Shown: positions 12,449 through 22,245, counted from the first letter of the stretch. The stretch is 64,000 bases of DNA from Polyangiaceae bacterium (GCA_050287085.1 JBNKBE010000003.1:175350-239349), one strand, 5' to 3'. Made by a program: numbers and translations. Notes: generated by a model not told the origin, from the sequence alone.

Positions 12449-13456
12449 TCAGTATGAGTAGCGCAGACCGCCGACGAAGCCCGCGCCGTCGATCTGCGCC
12501 GTGGGCACCCAAGGCTGCTCTTCGGGCCATAGCGCCCAGGTGATGAGCATGGCCGCCGCACTCGCCCCCGCCACACTGAACCCGACCCAGCTCCGAGAGC
12601 CCGCCGCTAGCGCTTTCGTTTCGTACTCCGCCCGATCGTGGCAAATGTCGAGCTGTGACGAGAGAGTGCAATCCAGGGTCGTCTGCTTTTCGAGCTTAGC
12701 AAGTTGGCTCTCATACCCGCGCTGCTTCACCAAGAACCCCACGCCAAGCCCTACCCCCCCGAGCGCCAAGACGCCTTGCACACCCAGAGCGATGTAGAAG
12801 GCTGGCTCCGCAGAGTCTATGGGGCCTGCTGGGCCAGCAACGGGTGCAGCCGCCGAGGTGGTGCGTCTGCGCGGAATCAGCGCGATATCGATCACCTTGT
12901 CATCGCCTGGCCTGGCCTCAAATCGCAGGATGAAGTCTTCATAGCCGGGAGCAGAGACCAGCACTTCGCGCATGCCGGGATCGATCTGTATCGCATCCCG
13001 CGTTTCACCCAACCCACGCTCCTGGCCGTCCAGATACCAACGCATCTTCGGTGGTTGTCTGGCCAGAACCAGCCGCATCTGCGGGAAATTGGCCCTAAGA
13101 TTGGCGATGGACGCGCCCACGACATCCGCCACGTCAGGCGCACTGGCCCCACCGTCCAGCAAGGCTTGAACCCGGTGATACTCGGCCATGGCGTCGTGCC
13201 AGCGCGACTGCTGCTCGATGCAGAACGCCAGATGAAAACGAAGCCCCGGAGTCTCCTTCAGTTCCGTAGCGCGCAGCAGAAGTCGCTCGCACTCACGCCA
13301 CTGCCCCGCGGCCTGAGCTGCCTCCGCTTGCTCAAAAAGGCGCTGCGCCTCGATGATATGGGCCGGCACGCTCGGCTCCGCCGCAGATAGCGTCGCATAG
13401 CCATTGAGACCCGCGACGAGGGCTATCGTTGATGGGAATCGTGCTCTCAGCTTCAT
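12449..13456 (-). CDS. Exported TPR-like + PEGA-like domain protein
   Basis: Signal-like N-terminus; helical repeat (KETPGLRFHLAFCIEQ); YLDG...IDPG..EVLVSAPGY; C-terminal hydrophobic helices. Confidence 0.75.
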   Translation of the reverse strand: MKLRARFPSTIALVAGLNGYATLSAAEPSVPAHIIEAQRLFEQAEAAQAAGQWRECERLLLRATELKETPGLRFHLAFCIEQQSRWHDAMAEYHRVQALLDGGASAPDVADVVGASIANLRANFPQMRLVLARQPPKMRWYLDGQERGLGETRDAIQIDPGMREVLVSAPGYEDFILRFEARPGDDKVIDIALIPRRRTTSAAAPVAGPAGPIDSAEPAFYIALGVQGVLALGGVGLGVGFLVKQRGYESQLAKLEKQTTLDCTLSSQLDICHDRAEYETKALAAGSRSWVGFSVAGASAAAMLITWALWPEEQPWVPTAQIDGAGFVGGLRYSY

Positions 13457-13459
13457 CTG

Positions 13460-14575
13460 TCAGAATCTCCCTCGGAGCGACACGCCCGCGCCGCTGAGTA
13501 ATGCTAGCTCAGGCGCAAGTGCTGCTTCCGAATCATCACCAAGAGGAAGAAGCAGAAGCAGACTTGCGGTTCCTAACACGGCCAGCCCAGCCGCACCGTA
13601 TCCGAGATAGGCCTCCTTCTGACGCGATCGGGACCAAGCTTCAAGCAGCTTCGCGTTCAAGCAGTCAAATGGCGTAGACCGCCCGCAAACGCCCTTTCCA
13701 TATCGCTCCTCCGCCGCCCGGCTCGCGTCCTGCGCGGAACGCTCAAACGCCCAGGCATCGGTCTGCATCTTGCCAGCGTACGCGGCGGACGCCACGAGCA
13801 ACGTAGCCCCGGTCGCAAGGACGGCAGCCCGCCAATGTGTTTCGCGACGTCCCTGCTCCGGAGCAACGCCGGCTCCCAGCGGCCGCAGCACAGCGCGTAG
13901 CACCTGCCGCTGACCGGCTGCACAGGGTGCTGTTCCAACGTAGTCGGCATAGCCGGCACTGGTGACTCGAAAAGAGTGTGCCCCCGGCGACAGGAAGAAC
14001 ATGCCGTCCGCGGCGACCGCGACAACGGCGCGCCCGTCCACCTCCACATGAGCCGGCCTGACGGAGCTGTCTACCGTCCAACTGCAGACGTGCAAGCGGG
14101 CCTCGCTCAACCCGGCTTCAACCTTGGAGCGAAGCGGCTTGTCCGAGGCCGGCGGCATCCGAGCCAACGCCTCAGCCAGGTGCTCAGCGGCATCGCGGTA
14201 GGCCCCCACATACAACTCCACCTGGCCCAGCAAAGTCGCCGTCCGATAACTTGGCGCGGCGTGGTGTGCGTCCTCTAGTTTGGAACGTGCCAGGGGGTAG
14301 CGGCCCGCTTCGAAGTCTTCAACGGCTCCAATGACCAGCCCGTCAACGACGCTACCGTTCACGTCGCTGCCGCTCGCGTCCCCGGCAGCGGTGGCCTCCG
14401 AAGCGTATGCGGACCGGCTGCCCTCCAACAACAGCAGACAAGACGGCAGGACCACCCCACCGCCTCGCAGTAGACTGCAGCAGACAACCGCGGCCCACGA
14501 GAGCCGGTCAAAACGCAACTTCCAGACGAGGGCACTCCGCCAGCGTCGCTCCGCACCCCTACAAGAAACCTTCAT
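13460..14575 (-). CDS. Exported TPR-like + PEGA-like domain protein
   Basis: LLGQVELYVGAYRDAAEHL (TPR-like); VEVDG...LSPGAHSFRVTSAGY (PEGA). Start codon uncertain. Confidence 0.72.
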   Translation of the reverse strand: MKVSCRGAERRWRSALVWKLRFDRLSWAAVVCCSLLRGGGVVLPSCLLLLEGSRSAYASEATAAGDASGSDVNGSVVDGLVIGAVEDFEAGRYPLARSKLEDAHHAAPSYRTATLLGQVELYVGAYRDAAEHLAEALARMPPASDKPLRSKVEAGLSEARLHVCSWTVDSSVRPAHVEVDGRAVVAVAADGMFFLSPGAHSFRVTSAGYADYVGTAPCAAGQRQVLRAVLRPLGAGVAPEQGRRETHWRAAVLATGATLLVASAAYAGKMQTDAWAFERSAQDASRAAEERYGKGVCGRSTPFDCLNAKLLEAWSRSRQKEAYLGYGAAGLAVLGTASLLLLLPLGDDSEAALAPELALLSGAGVSLRGRF

Positions 14576-14659
14576 CCCACAAGCACCGATACCACGCTTT
14601 CCATTCTTCGAGCCACGAAGACAAGCCCAATCGCCGCAACAAAGGCCCGCGAAGCTGCG

Positions 14660-15094
14660 CTATCCAGCTCGTCCGAGAGGAGCGGGCGCCCCCGCCTCGG
14701 GGAGATGGTCGAGAGAGGCAAGAAGCCCCTCTCCTTCTTCCCATTCCCCCCAGATGTCGACCGCGGTCCAATACTTTTCCAGAAGCAACCAGCTGACGAG
14801 GCCCCCCAGCAGCACGGCGACAAACGCCACGGCAAAAACCCCAAACACAGGTTTGGGTGCAGGAGCCCCGACTGCGCGCATAGACAAGAGCGTCGGTTGC
14901 CGCCTGGGATCGATCGTCGGAGCCAAGCGGACTCGAGCGTCGTCGAGGGTCCGGTAGTCGCTCTCAGCGGGGACGGACACCCTGACCGAGCGCGGAGCTG
15001 ACGCAACGACCGGTGCCGAGCCATCTCCTAGCTCACCCTCGCTTCTGCCACCAGCGCCCTGTTCTTCCACGACCGCTTCCGAGTACCTCACCAC
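14660..15094 (-). CDS. Small single-pass membrane hypothetical protein
   Basis: Low-complexity N-terminus, one clear TM (VFGVFAVAFVAVLLGGLVSWLLL) and acidic tail; co-oriented with the PEGA genes. Confidence 0.55.
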   Translation of the reverse strand: MVRYSEAVVEEQGAGGRSEGELGDGSAPVVASAPRSVRVSVPAESDYRTLDDARVRLAPTIDPRRQPTLLSMRAVGAPAPKPVFGVFAVAFVAVLLGGLVSWLLLEKYWTAVDIWGEWEEGEGLLASLDHLPEAGAPAPLGRAG

Positions 15095-15294
15095 TCTACC
15101 CCCGTCTCAACCCTGGTCGAGTGTATCTTGCCCGCATTGGAACGTCCCGCCTGACCGAACGACGCGTTCCAATACGGCCCGGAAGTCGAGCGCCCGATCG
15201 GAGCTGAATGCCACGGCATTTCCGGACCTTTTTCGGTCGCAGCGGACCTCCATTTGATACGGTCCGCCGCCACGTCCAGCCCCTCGGAGTCCCC

Positions 15295-16914
15295 ATGCTG
15301 ACCGCCACCGGTATCTCAATGAATTTCGGCACGAAAGTGCTCTTCGACAACGTCAACGTCACCTTCAACGACAATGAGCGCTACGGCCTCACGGGTCCCA
15401 ACGGGGCGGGCAAGTCGACCTTCATGAAGATCCTGGCCGGTGAACTGGAGTCGCTCGGCGGACACATCACGGCGCAGGGGCGGCTTGGAGTGCTCAAGCA
15501 GGATCACACTCTATTCGAGGGGGAGCGAATCCTCGACGTCGTGCTGAGGGGGAACCAGAAGCTCTGGGAAGCACTGAGCGAAAAAGACCGACTGCTGGCT
15601 TTGGGCGACCAGCTCAGCGACGACGACGGGATGCGACTCGGGGAGTTGGAAGTCGTGATCGCGGAGGAAGACGGCTACACGGCCGAGCAGGAGGCCATTG
15701 AGCTACTCGAAGGCCTGGGGATCCCCAAAGACTCTCACCACGAGTTGCTCGACACGCTCCAGGGGGGCGACCGCGTCCGTGTGCTCCTGGCTCAAGCCCT
15801 TTTCGGCTCGCCAGACACACTCCTGCTCGACGAGCCCACCAACAGTCTCGACATCGCCAGCATTCGTTGGCTGGAGAGCTTCCTGCACAATTATGAAGGC
15901 GCACTCCTCGTCATCAGCCACGACCGCCACTTCCTGAACGAGGTGTGCACGAAGATCGCAGACATCGACTACGAGACCATCATCATCTACCCGGGCAACT
16001 ACGACGACATGGTGTCCGCCAAGGCGGAAGCCCGCGGCTCGGTCGAACTCGCCAATGCGGCCAAGCAGAAGAAGATCGAGCACCTGCAGGAATTCGTGCA
16101 GCGCTTCAAAGCTGGCTCACGCGCAAGTCAGGTCAAGTCGCGGCAACGTCAGGTGGAGCGCGAAAAGGAGGCTTTGTCCAACCTCAAGCGCTCAAACATC
16201 CAGCGCCCCTTCATCCGCTTCACGCAGCGGCGGCCGAGCGGCAAGAACGTGCTCAACGTAGTCAATCTCAGCAAGAGCTTCGACGAGCAGCGCATCTGCC
16301 GCAACTTCAATATCAGCATCGCTCGGGGACAGAAGATCGCCATTGTTGGACCCAACGGCATCGGCAAGACGAGCATGCTGCGATTGCTGATGGAAGAACT
16401 GCCTGCCGACAGCGGCAGCGTAGAGTGGGGTTATGAAGCCCAGCTAGGCTACATGCCGCAGGACCATCATGAAATGGTCGAGAAGTCCGACCAAACCGCG
16501 CGGGATTGGCTGTGGCAGTTCAACAACAAGATAGACGAAGAGAACCTACGCGCCCTTTTCGGCCGACTGCTCTTCAAGAAGGACGAACCGCTAAAGGCCA
16601 CCAAGGTCCTATCGGGTGGTGAGACCGTCCGGTTGCTCCTGGCTCGCTTGATGTTGCTGGAACCCAATGTGCTCCTGCTCGACGAGCCGACGAATCATCT
16701 CGACCTCGAGGCCATTCGCTCGCTAACCGAAGCAATGGAGAAGTTTGAAGGGACCTGCATCTTCGTGACGCACGATCGGCAGATGGTTTCGCAGGTTGCA
16801 GACCGCGTGCTGGAAATGTCCAAAGAGGGGATCCGTGAGCTGACGCCCGACGAGTTCTCAGAGGGACAGTTCTTGCTCCAGCACAAGACCTACGAAAAGC
16901 CTACCGAATGGTAG
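15295..16914 (+). CDS. ABC-F family ATPase (YbiT-like)
   Basis: Two ABC domains (GPNGAGKST, LLLDEPTN, GPNGIGKT, LSGGE), inter-domain linker, no TM. Confidence 0.93.
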   Translation: MLTATGISMNFGTKVLFDNVNVTFNDNERYGLTGPNGAGKSTFMKILAGELESLGGHITAQGRLGVLKQDHTLFEGERILDVVLRGNQKLWEALSEKDRLLALGDQLSDDDGMRLGELEVVIAEEDGYTAEQEAIELLEGLGIPKDSHHELLDTLQGGDRVRVLLAQALFGSPDTLLLDEPTNSLDIASIRWLESFLHNYEGALLVISHDRHFLNEVCTKIADIDYETIIIYPGNYDDMVSAKAEARGSVELANAAKQKKIEHLQEFVQRFKAGSRASQVKSRQRQVEREKEALSNLKRSNIQRPFIRFTQRRPSGKNVLNVVNLSKSFDEQRICRNFNISIARGQKIAIVGPNGIGKTSMLRLLMEELPADSGSVEWGYEAQLGYMPQDHHEMVEKSDQTARDWLWQFNNKIDEENLRALFGRLLFKKDEPLKATKVLSGGETVRLLLARLMLLEPNVLLLDEPTNHLDLEAIRSLTEAMEKFEGTCIFVTHDRQMVSQVADRVLEMSKEGIRELTPDEFSEGQFLLQHKTYEKPTEW

Positions 16915-16972
16915 CAGCTCCGATATCGGGCAAGGACGTCTAACCACGGCGCTCTTGTCCTCGATTGAGGCG

Positions 16973-16999
16973 TGACCCGCGGGTCAGAATACCCGCGGG
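16973..16999. promoter_or_regulatory. Perfect 14-bp palindrome with alternative hairpin between convergent genes
   Basis: TGACCCGCGGGTCA followed by GAAT-ACCCGCGGG; may be a terminator or a protein-binding site. Confidence 0.4.
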
Positions 17000-17015
17000 G
17001 AATTGGAGCCCGGAG

Positions 17016-17225
17016 CTAGCGCGCCGCTTCGGTGTCTACGCCCACCATGCACAAGACGCGGTTGCCCCGCTTGAGGCGCAATTCGTACTGCCCCACACCA
17101 TAGCTGTCACGCAGCCACTCGGGTGTTGGGCATACCCCAGTCCGTCCCGCCTCTCGCCAGACACTGCCCTGCATCTTCTTCAGGATGATGACAGTCGGGT
17201 CGAGGGGTAGTTCTCGCTGTAGCAT
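17016..17225 (-). CDS. Small hypothetical protein (69 aa)
   Basis: AGGAG RBS just upstream of ATG 17225; globular-looking sequence (WLRDSYGVGQYELRLKRG). Confidence 0.6.
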   Translation of the reverse strand: MLQRELPLDPTVIILKKMQGSVWREAGRTGVCPTPEWLRDSYGVGQYELRLKRGNRVLCMVGVDTEAAR

Positions 17226-17550
17226 GGGACTCCTATCTTGAGTGCAATCGTTTGACACAACAGCCTTGGCACAAGCGCTAAGCTATTACTTGCGGCCTGA
17301 GCTGAGCTCGGCAGCGCAATGCGCCAGCGCGCTGACTGTTCAGTCATCTATCCAGATTCGACGGTGGTACAGCTCTGCGTCAGGCTGACCTCTAAACTGG
17401 ATCGGCGAAGACTCCGCCTCGCTGGGCAGTCAGAGTACCCATTGCAGCCGTGATCTCAAGCGCCAAAATGCTCGTCGTCGCAAACTGAAACCCATCCCGG
17501 AACCATTTTGGCTCGTGCAACGCCGCCGCGCCGCGCGAGCGCAGCGATCA

Positions 17551-17614
17551 CGCTGCGCTCGGAAACGCTGCGCTCGGAAACGCTGCGCTCGGAAACGCTG
17601 CGCTCGGAAACGCT
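17551..17614. repeat. Perfect 15-bp tandem repeat CGCTGCGCTCGGAAA x4 + partial
   Basis: Exact units at 17551, 17566, 17581 and 17596, then CGCT overlapping the prfC stop. Confidence 0.97.
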
Positions 17615-19190
17615 ACTGTTCACGCGTCGCCAGAAAGCGGACCTTTGGGAAGTCTTTGGCCGTGCGCTCCAAGTGCCAGTCGTTGCGCGCCAAAAACACC
17701 GGATTGCCCACGTGATCATCGGCCATCGATCCGCCATTTTCTCGCGCAAGGTCTTTCAGGTCTTGTTCCGAGTCCGCCTCGAGCCAGCGTGCGGTGTGAA
17801 GCGACGTCCCCTCGAATCGCGCCTCGATGCCAAACTCCGTCCGAATTCGATCGGAAAGGACGTCAAACTGCAGCGGCCCCACGACACCGACGATCCAGGT
17901 CGACCCCATTCTCGATTTGAAACACGACGCCGCTCCCTCTTCGGCCAGTTGCACGAGAGCGCGTTCGAGGTGTTTGGTCTTCATCGGATCCTTGGACCGC
18001 ACGGTCTGCAGCAATTCGGGCGCGAAGCTGGGAATGCCCGCGAAGTGCAAGTTCTCCCCTTCGCTCAAGGTGTCTCCAACCCGGAGCTTTCCGTGGTTGG
18101 GAATGCCGATGATATCACCCGCCCAAGCCTCTTCCGCGAGCTCTCTGTCCTGGGCGAGGAATAGTACTGGGTTGTGAACTCGCAGAATGCTCCCGCTCGG
18201 AACGTGCTTCAGCTTCGCCCCTCGTTCAAAGTGCCCCGAGATTAGACGCACAAAGGCAATTCTATCGCGGTGCTTTGGATCCATATTTGCCTGGATCTTG
18301 AAAACGAAGCCCGTAACTGGACGCTCCGAAGCTGCAACAACTCTCTCCTGCGCCTTTCGAGACTGCGGAGGCGGTGCGTATTCTGCCAGTCCGTCCAGAA
18401 GCTCCCTCACTCCAAAGTTGTTGATCGCGCTCCCGAAGAAGGCGGGAGTCATATGTCCCTCGAGATAGCTCTGGTGCTGAAATTCGGGACATAGCCCGCG
18501 CGCCATTTCCACTTCCTCGCGAAGCGTTTCGAGCTCATCCTTCGTCAAGTGCTGGGCGAGCGTTTCGTCGTCGAGACCACGGCACGTTATCCCCTCACTG
18601 ATAGTGTCCTTCTGGGCGCGGTCCATCAGGATCAGCTGATCCTTGAACAAGTCATAACAACCTCGGAAGCGCGCGCCCATTCCGATTGGCCAGCTTGCGG
18701 GCACTACGTCGAGCGCCAACTTCTGTTCGATTTCGTCGATGAGCTCGAACGGGTCTCTCGCCTCGCGGTCCATCTTGTTGATGAACGTAATGACCGGAAC
18801 GTCCCGCATGCGACACACCTCAAAGAGCTTGAGCGTTTGCGGCTCAATTCCCTTGGCGGCATCGAGCACCATGACGGCAGAATCGACCGCCGTCAGCGTG
18901 CGATACGTATCTTCGCTGAAGTCCTCGTGCCCGGGTGTGTCCAACAGATTGAAGACCCGCCCGCCATACTGGTAGGTCATCGCGGACGCACTTACGCTGA
19001 TGCCGCGCTCTTGTTCGACTTTCATCCAATCGGACGTTGCTCTCCGCCGTTCACCCCGTGCTTTCACTTCACCTGCAAGCTGAATAGCTCCGCCGAAGAG
19101 CAATAGCTTCTCGGTAAGCGTCGTCTTTCCGGCGTCGGGATGCGAAATGATGGCGAACGTACGCCTACGCGAAATCGTGTTGTCGCTCAT
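17613..19190 (-). CDS. prfC: Peptide chain release factor 3
   Basis: RRRTFAIISHPDAGKTTLTEK, DTPGHEDF, NKMD, KIQANMDPKHRDRIAF. Confidence 0.97.
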   Translation of the reverse strand: MSDNTISRRRTFAIISHPDAGKTTLTEKLLLFGGAIQLAGEVKARGERRRATSDWMKVEQERGISVSASAMTYQYGGRVFNLLDTPGHEDFSEDTYRTLTAVDSAVMVLDAAKGIEPQTLKLFEVCRMRDVPVITFINKMDREARDPFELIDEIEQKLALDVVPASWPIGMGARFRGCYDLFKDQLILMDRAQKDTISEGITCRGLDDETLAQHLTKDELETLREEVEMARGLCPEFQHQSYLEGHMTPAFFGSAINNFGVRELLDGLAEYAPPPQSRKAQERVVAASERPVTGFVFKIQANMDPKHRDRIAFVRLISGHFERGAKLKHVPSGSILRVHNPVLFLAQDRELAEEAWAGDIIGIPNHGKLRVGDTLSEGENLHFAGIPSFAPELLQTVRSKDPMKTKHLERALVQLAEEGAASCFKSRMGSTWIVGVVGPLQFDVLSDRIRTEFGIEARFEGTSLHTARWLEADSEQDLKDLARENGGSMADDHVGNPVFLARNDWHLERTAKDFPKVRFLATREQ

Positions 19191-19208
19191 GATTTTACTG
19201 AAATCGCC

Positions 19209-20033
19209 TCAGGCGATTTGAACGGACATGGTCTCTCGCGCGACAAACGCGCCACTCCACATGGCCTTCGCGTCGGCTTCGACCTGTCGCATGAAGTCAT
19301 CTTCATGGTCGGGATCGTGGTGGAAGATAGCCAGGCTCTTTGCGCCCGCCGCCAAACACAGGCGTACACCTTCCTGCCACGTTGAATGACCCCAGCCCAC
19401 TCTGGATGGAAATTCTTCATCGGTGTAGGAGCAATCGTAGACGACCAAATCGGCGTCCTCGATCAGGCGAAGCACAGCCTGATCCGGCTTGCCCGGGATG
19501 TGTTCCGTGTCGGTGACGTAACACAGTGAACTGCCCTGATACTCAATGCGATAGCCGGTAGCTCCACTTGGATGATTCAGGCGCGCGGTAACAACCCGCA
19601 CGTCATCGCCGATCTCAAAGGTATCGCCGGCATCGAAGTCAACGAACTCAAGCTTCGCACTCATTGTCTCGAGCGGGATTGGGAACGTGGGATGCGCCAT
19701 GTGCCCCGCAAAGACAGCCTTGACGCCCCCGTCCTCGTTGAGATGACCGGCCATCACCCGGAATTCGCGATGCGGATGAAACGCCGGTTTGAAGAACGGG
19801 AAGCCATTGATGTGATCCCAATGCGTATGGCTGAGCAAGATATGGGCGCGTCGAACGTCATCGGCAACGAATTGGTGCCCGAGCGGCCGAATCCCGGTTC
19901 CCGCATCGAGAACAATACGCTCGGAGCCCGCACATACCTCTAGGCAGCTTGTATTGCCCCCGTAGCGTACATGTGCGGGTGAAGGGCAGGCGATACTACC
20001 CCGCACTCCCCAAAACTTAACGGAAAAACTCAT
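19209..20033 (-). CDS. MBL-fold metallo-hydrolase
   Basis: FWGVRGS, YGGNTSC, HTHWDH, HP, TDTEH, GWGHS, FHHDP. Confidence 0.92.
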   Translation of the reverse strand: MSFSVKFWGVRGSIACPSPAHVRYGGNTSCLEVCAGSERIVLDAGTGIRPLGHQFVADDVRRAHILLSHTHWDHINGFPFFKPAFHPHREFRVMAGHLNEDGGVKAVFAGHMAHPTFPIPLETMSAKLEFVDFDAGDTFEIGDDVRVVTARLNHPSGATGYRIEYQGSSLCYVTDTEHIPGKPDQAVLRLIEDADLVVYDCSYTDEEFPSRVGWGHSTWQEGVRLCLAAGAKSLAIFHHDPDHEDDFMRQVEADAKAMWSGAFVARETMSVQIA

Positions 20034-20428
20034 TGCCTCGCGCGCCTCAATAACATGCACCCGACTTGTGTGCGCCTCATTCACTTGACGCGCTGACGAT
20101 TGCGTTTGGGTCGATGCACCGCGATCTAGAATCGTTGCGATTCGGAGCCGCTCACTGGCGCGAAAAAACTAAGCCACAGTCCGGCGAGCCTTTCAAGGGA
20201 CTCGCGTCGAGACGTCGACAGCGCGGCTTTCCAGTGACACGAGCCTCTCAGACAAACCGACGCCCCAAGGCGTCCGGACACAGACGCTGACCGAAGAGTC
20301 GTTGACCCCGGGAACCGTGTCAGGACGGGACCCGGCCGCCCGGGATCGGCCGAGGGGTAAGTGGACCGACCTCCGCACTCGACTTCCGCCAAGTCACCGC
20401 GCATAGTCGCTGCTCACAAGGAGAGTCA

Positions 20429-22192
20429 GTGGGCGACGGCCGGGAGTGGTCCTGGGTAGGTGAAGACGGAGTGGAGCACGTTGTGAGCGAAGACCAGCTC
20501 ACGTTTGCCCTTTCCGCTGAAGAACTGCCCGCCTATACACTGGTCTGCCGTGATGGGTGGGCGGAGTGGCTGCCGGCCATGCAGGTCGCGGAGTTGCGTT
20601 GGGCACTTCCCCCTGGCCAAGCCGACACGCCGCGCAAACCAGCGCGCAGTGAAGGCAGCCCGCGGCAAGCGCCCCCTCTGGCCACGTACAAGACGTTACG
20701 CTTTCGAGCCGGTGAGATCGCCGCCGGACGGATCAATCCAGATTTCGAAGCGCAGCTCGCGCTTTCCCCCGTCGCGCCGCGCACCGGTCAACTCGCTGGG
20801 CTTTCTCGCTACTCCGACAACGATCCGGAGGAACCGACGGTACAGCTGGAGTCCGAGGCACTCTTCGAAGGCAAGCGCGGGACCGACTCGGGAACCGAAT
20901 CGTTGCCCCCGCCTGCCCCGCCCAGCAGCCCGAGTCAGCCGGACGGGATCTTGGACGCCGCTACGAGCCCAGCTAGCTCACCGCCTGACGCTCCACACGC
21001 CTCGCCCAAAGCCGGGCCTACTCTGCCGCCTCGCTCCCGCCGGAGCGGGCCTGCCGCGCGTCCGCACTTGGGCCTGTGGGCGGCCGGCGCGGCGCTTGTA
21101 ATCTTGCTCGTCGGAGTTGTGGTTTGGCTCAAGTCCCGCGCGTCAGCTCCCGCACCAGTGACCCCCGCGCCGGCCCTCCCCACCCTCCCGGACGCTCCGG
21201 TTCAGAGTCACATTTCCGATTGCAGCATCACCCAAGGCCCTCGCCGGCTCGGGGAGTTTGCCAAAGCAGACCTGCGCCCCGGAATCGCGGAGTTGAGTTC
21301 AGGAAAGCTCGCGATCGGCTACGGACAAACAAGTCGCTACGCCGTGGGTTTGGTCGTGGACCCCAAGACCCTGGTAGCAAGTCGGGTCTTCTCCGACTAC
21401 TCGAAGAGCCCGCTTGTGAGTGTTACCCCGATGGCCGCCGAGGGCGAGCCGCAGTTCCTATTTGAACGAGCCGCGTCCGCGTTGCAAAGCGCACGTACCA
21501 TCGCCGCAACACCTCCGTTCACCCTTGGTCTGCTCCACGGGAAGCTGGCCGTGCGCAGTGAGGAAAACCCGATTGCGGAAACAATCTGGAATTCTCCCTT
21601 TGAGAGCTTCACGGTACCGCAATCGGTACGCCTGGACGCGAAACGTCACGCCGTTGCCCTCCGCGGCGGAGGGGAACGGGGCTCCGTCTTGGTAGGCACG
21701 CTGCAGGAAAGCGCAAAACCTCTGGGGGCGCTTGTGGCAGTAGAAGCCGGCGTGGCCAGGGTGAGTGAACCGTACATCGCGGTTGCCACACCAGGCAGCG
21801 ACGTAGCGCGAGTGGCCGTCGTATTTGCCGGCGGAGAGGAGTCAGCGACGGAGCAGCTGTGGCTCGCTCAAGCAACGCCCCCGGAACTACCGGCCCGGGC
21901 AGAACGCCTATCGGTCGGCAGTGCACCGCTGTACGAGCCATCAGTGGGAGCCCTCACCGATGGCAGCTTTCTCGTGCAATGGGCCGAGGGTTCCCCTGGA
22001 GCTCAAACGATACGGCTCGCACATGTTTCCCCCGAGCTCGAAGCTCGAGGTGAGGTTCTGCAAATCTCGGGGCCAGGGGTGGACGCACGCGACGGGGTGC
22101 TCTTTGTCAGCAAGCGCGGCGTGCTGAGCGTGTACATGGTGCGCAACGGGCAGAACCATGAAATGTGGGGCGCCTCATTGCTCTGCAGATAG
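20429..22192 (+). CDS. Single-pass membrane protein: GYF_2/DUF4339-like N-terminus, Pro-rich linker, extracytoplasmic beta-rich domain
   Basis: AAGGAG RBS; TLVCRDGWAEWLPAMQVAEL; Pro-rich stretch; TM LWAAGAALVILLVGVVVWL. Confidence 0.7.
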   Translation: MGDGREWSWVGEDGVEHVVSEDQLTFALSAEELPAYTLVCRDGWAEWLPAMQVAELRWALPPGQADTPRKPARSEGSPRQAPPLATYKTLRFRAGEIAAGRINPDFEAQLALSPVAPRTGQLAGLSRYSDNDPEEPTVQLESEALFEGKRGTDSGTESLPPPAPPSSPSQPDGILDAATSPASSPPDAPHASPKAGPTLPPRSRRSGPAARPHLGLWAAGAALVILLVGVVVWLKSRASAPAPVTPAPALPTLPDAPVQSHISDCSITQGPRRLGEFAKADLRPGIAELSSGKLAIGYGQTSRYAVGLVVDPKTLVASRVFSDYSKSPLVSVTPMAAEGEPQFLFERAASALQSARTIAATPPFTLGLLHGKLAVRSEENPIAETIWNSPFESFTVPQSVRLDAKRHAVALRGGGERGSVLVGTLQESAKPLGALVAVEAGVARVSEPYIAVATPGSDVARVAVVFAGGEESATEQLWLAQATPPELPARAERLSVGSAPLYEPSVGALTDGSFLVQWAEGSPGAQTIRLAHVSPELEARGEVLQISGPGVDARDGVLFVSKRGVLSVYMVRNGQNHEMWGASLLCR

Positions 22193-22245
22193 AAGAGCCC
22201 TGCAGATAGAAGACCCGTAGCTGGAACGGCCCGTAGCTGGAACGG
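22183..22245. repeat. Two adjacent tandem duplications (17-bp and 16-bp period)
   Basis: CTGCAGATAGAAGA at 22183 and 22200; CCCGTAGCTGGAACGG at 22214 and 22230. Confidence 0.9.

Noticed and set aside
14572..15024. Alternative-frame ORF overlapping the PEGA gene start
   Set aside because: Arg/Ser-rich shadow-like composition; 14660-15094 has a cleaner TM and is more protein-like.
17551..17614. Possible CRISPR array
   Set aside because: Head-to-tail 15-bp units with no spacers, and no cas genes in the window.
20160..20290. c-di-GMP-I or TPP riboswitch
   Set aside because: Only fragmentary resemblance; no GNRA loop/receptor and no TPP core, so left as an unassigned structure.
20311..20366. 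SRP RNA-like GAACCGTGTCAGG...TAAGTGG
   Set aside because: Lacks the conserved GNRA hairpin and AGCAG of SRP helix 8.
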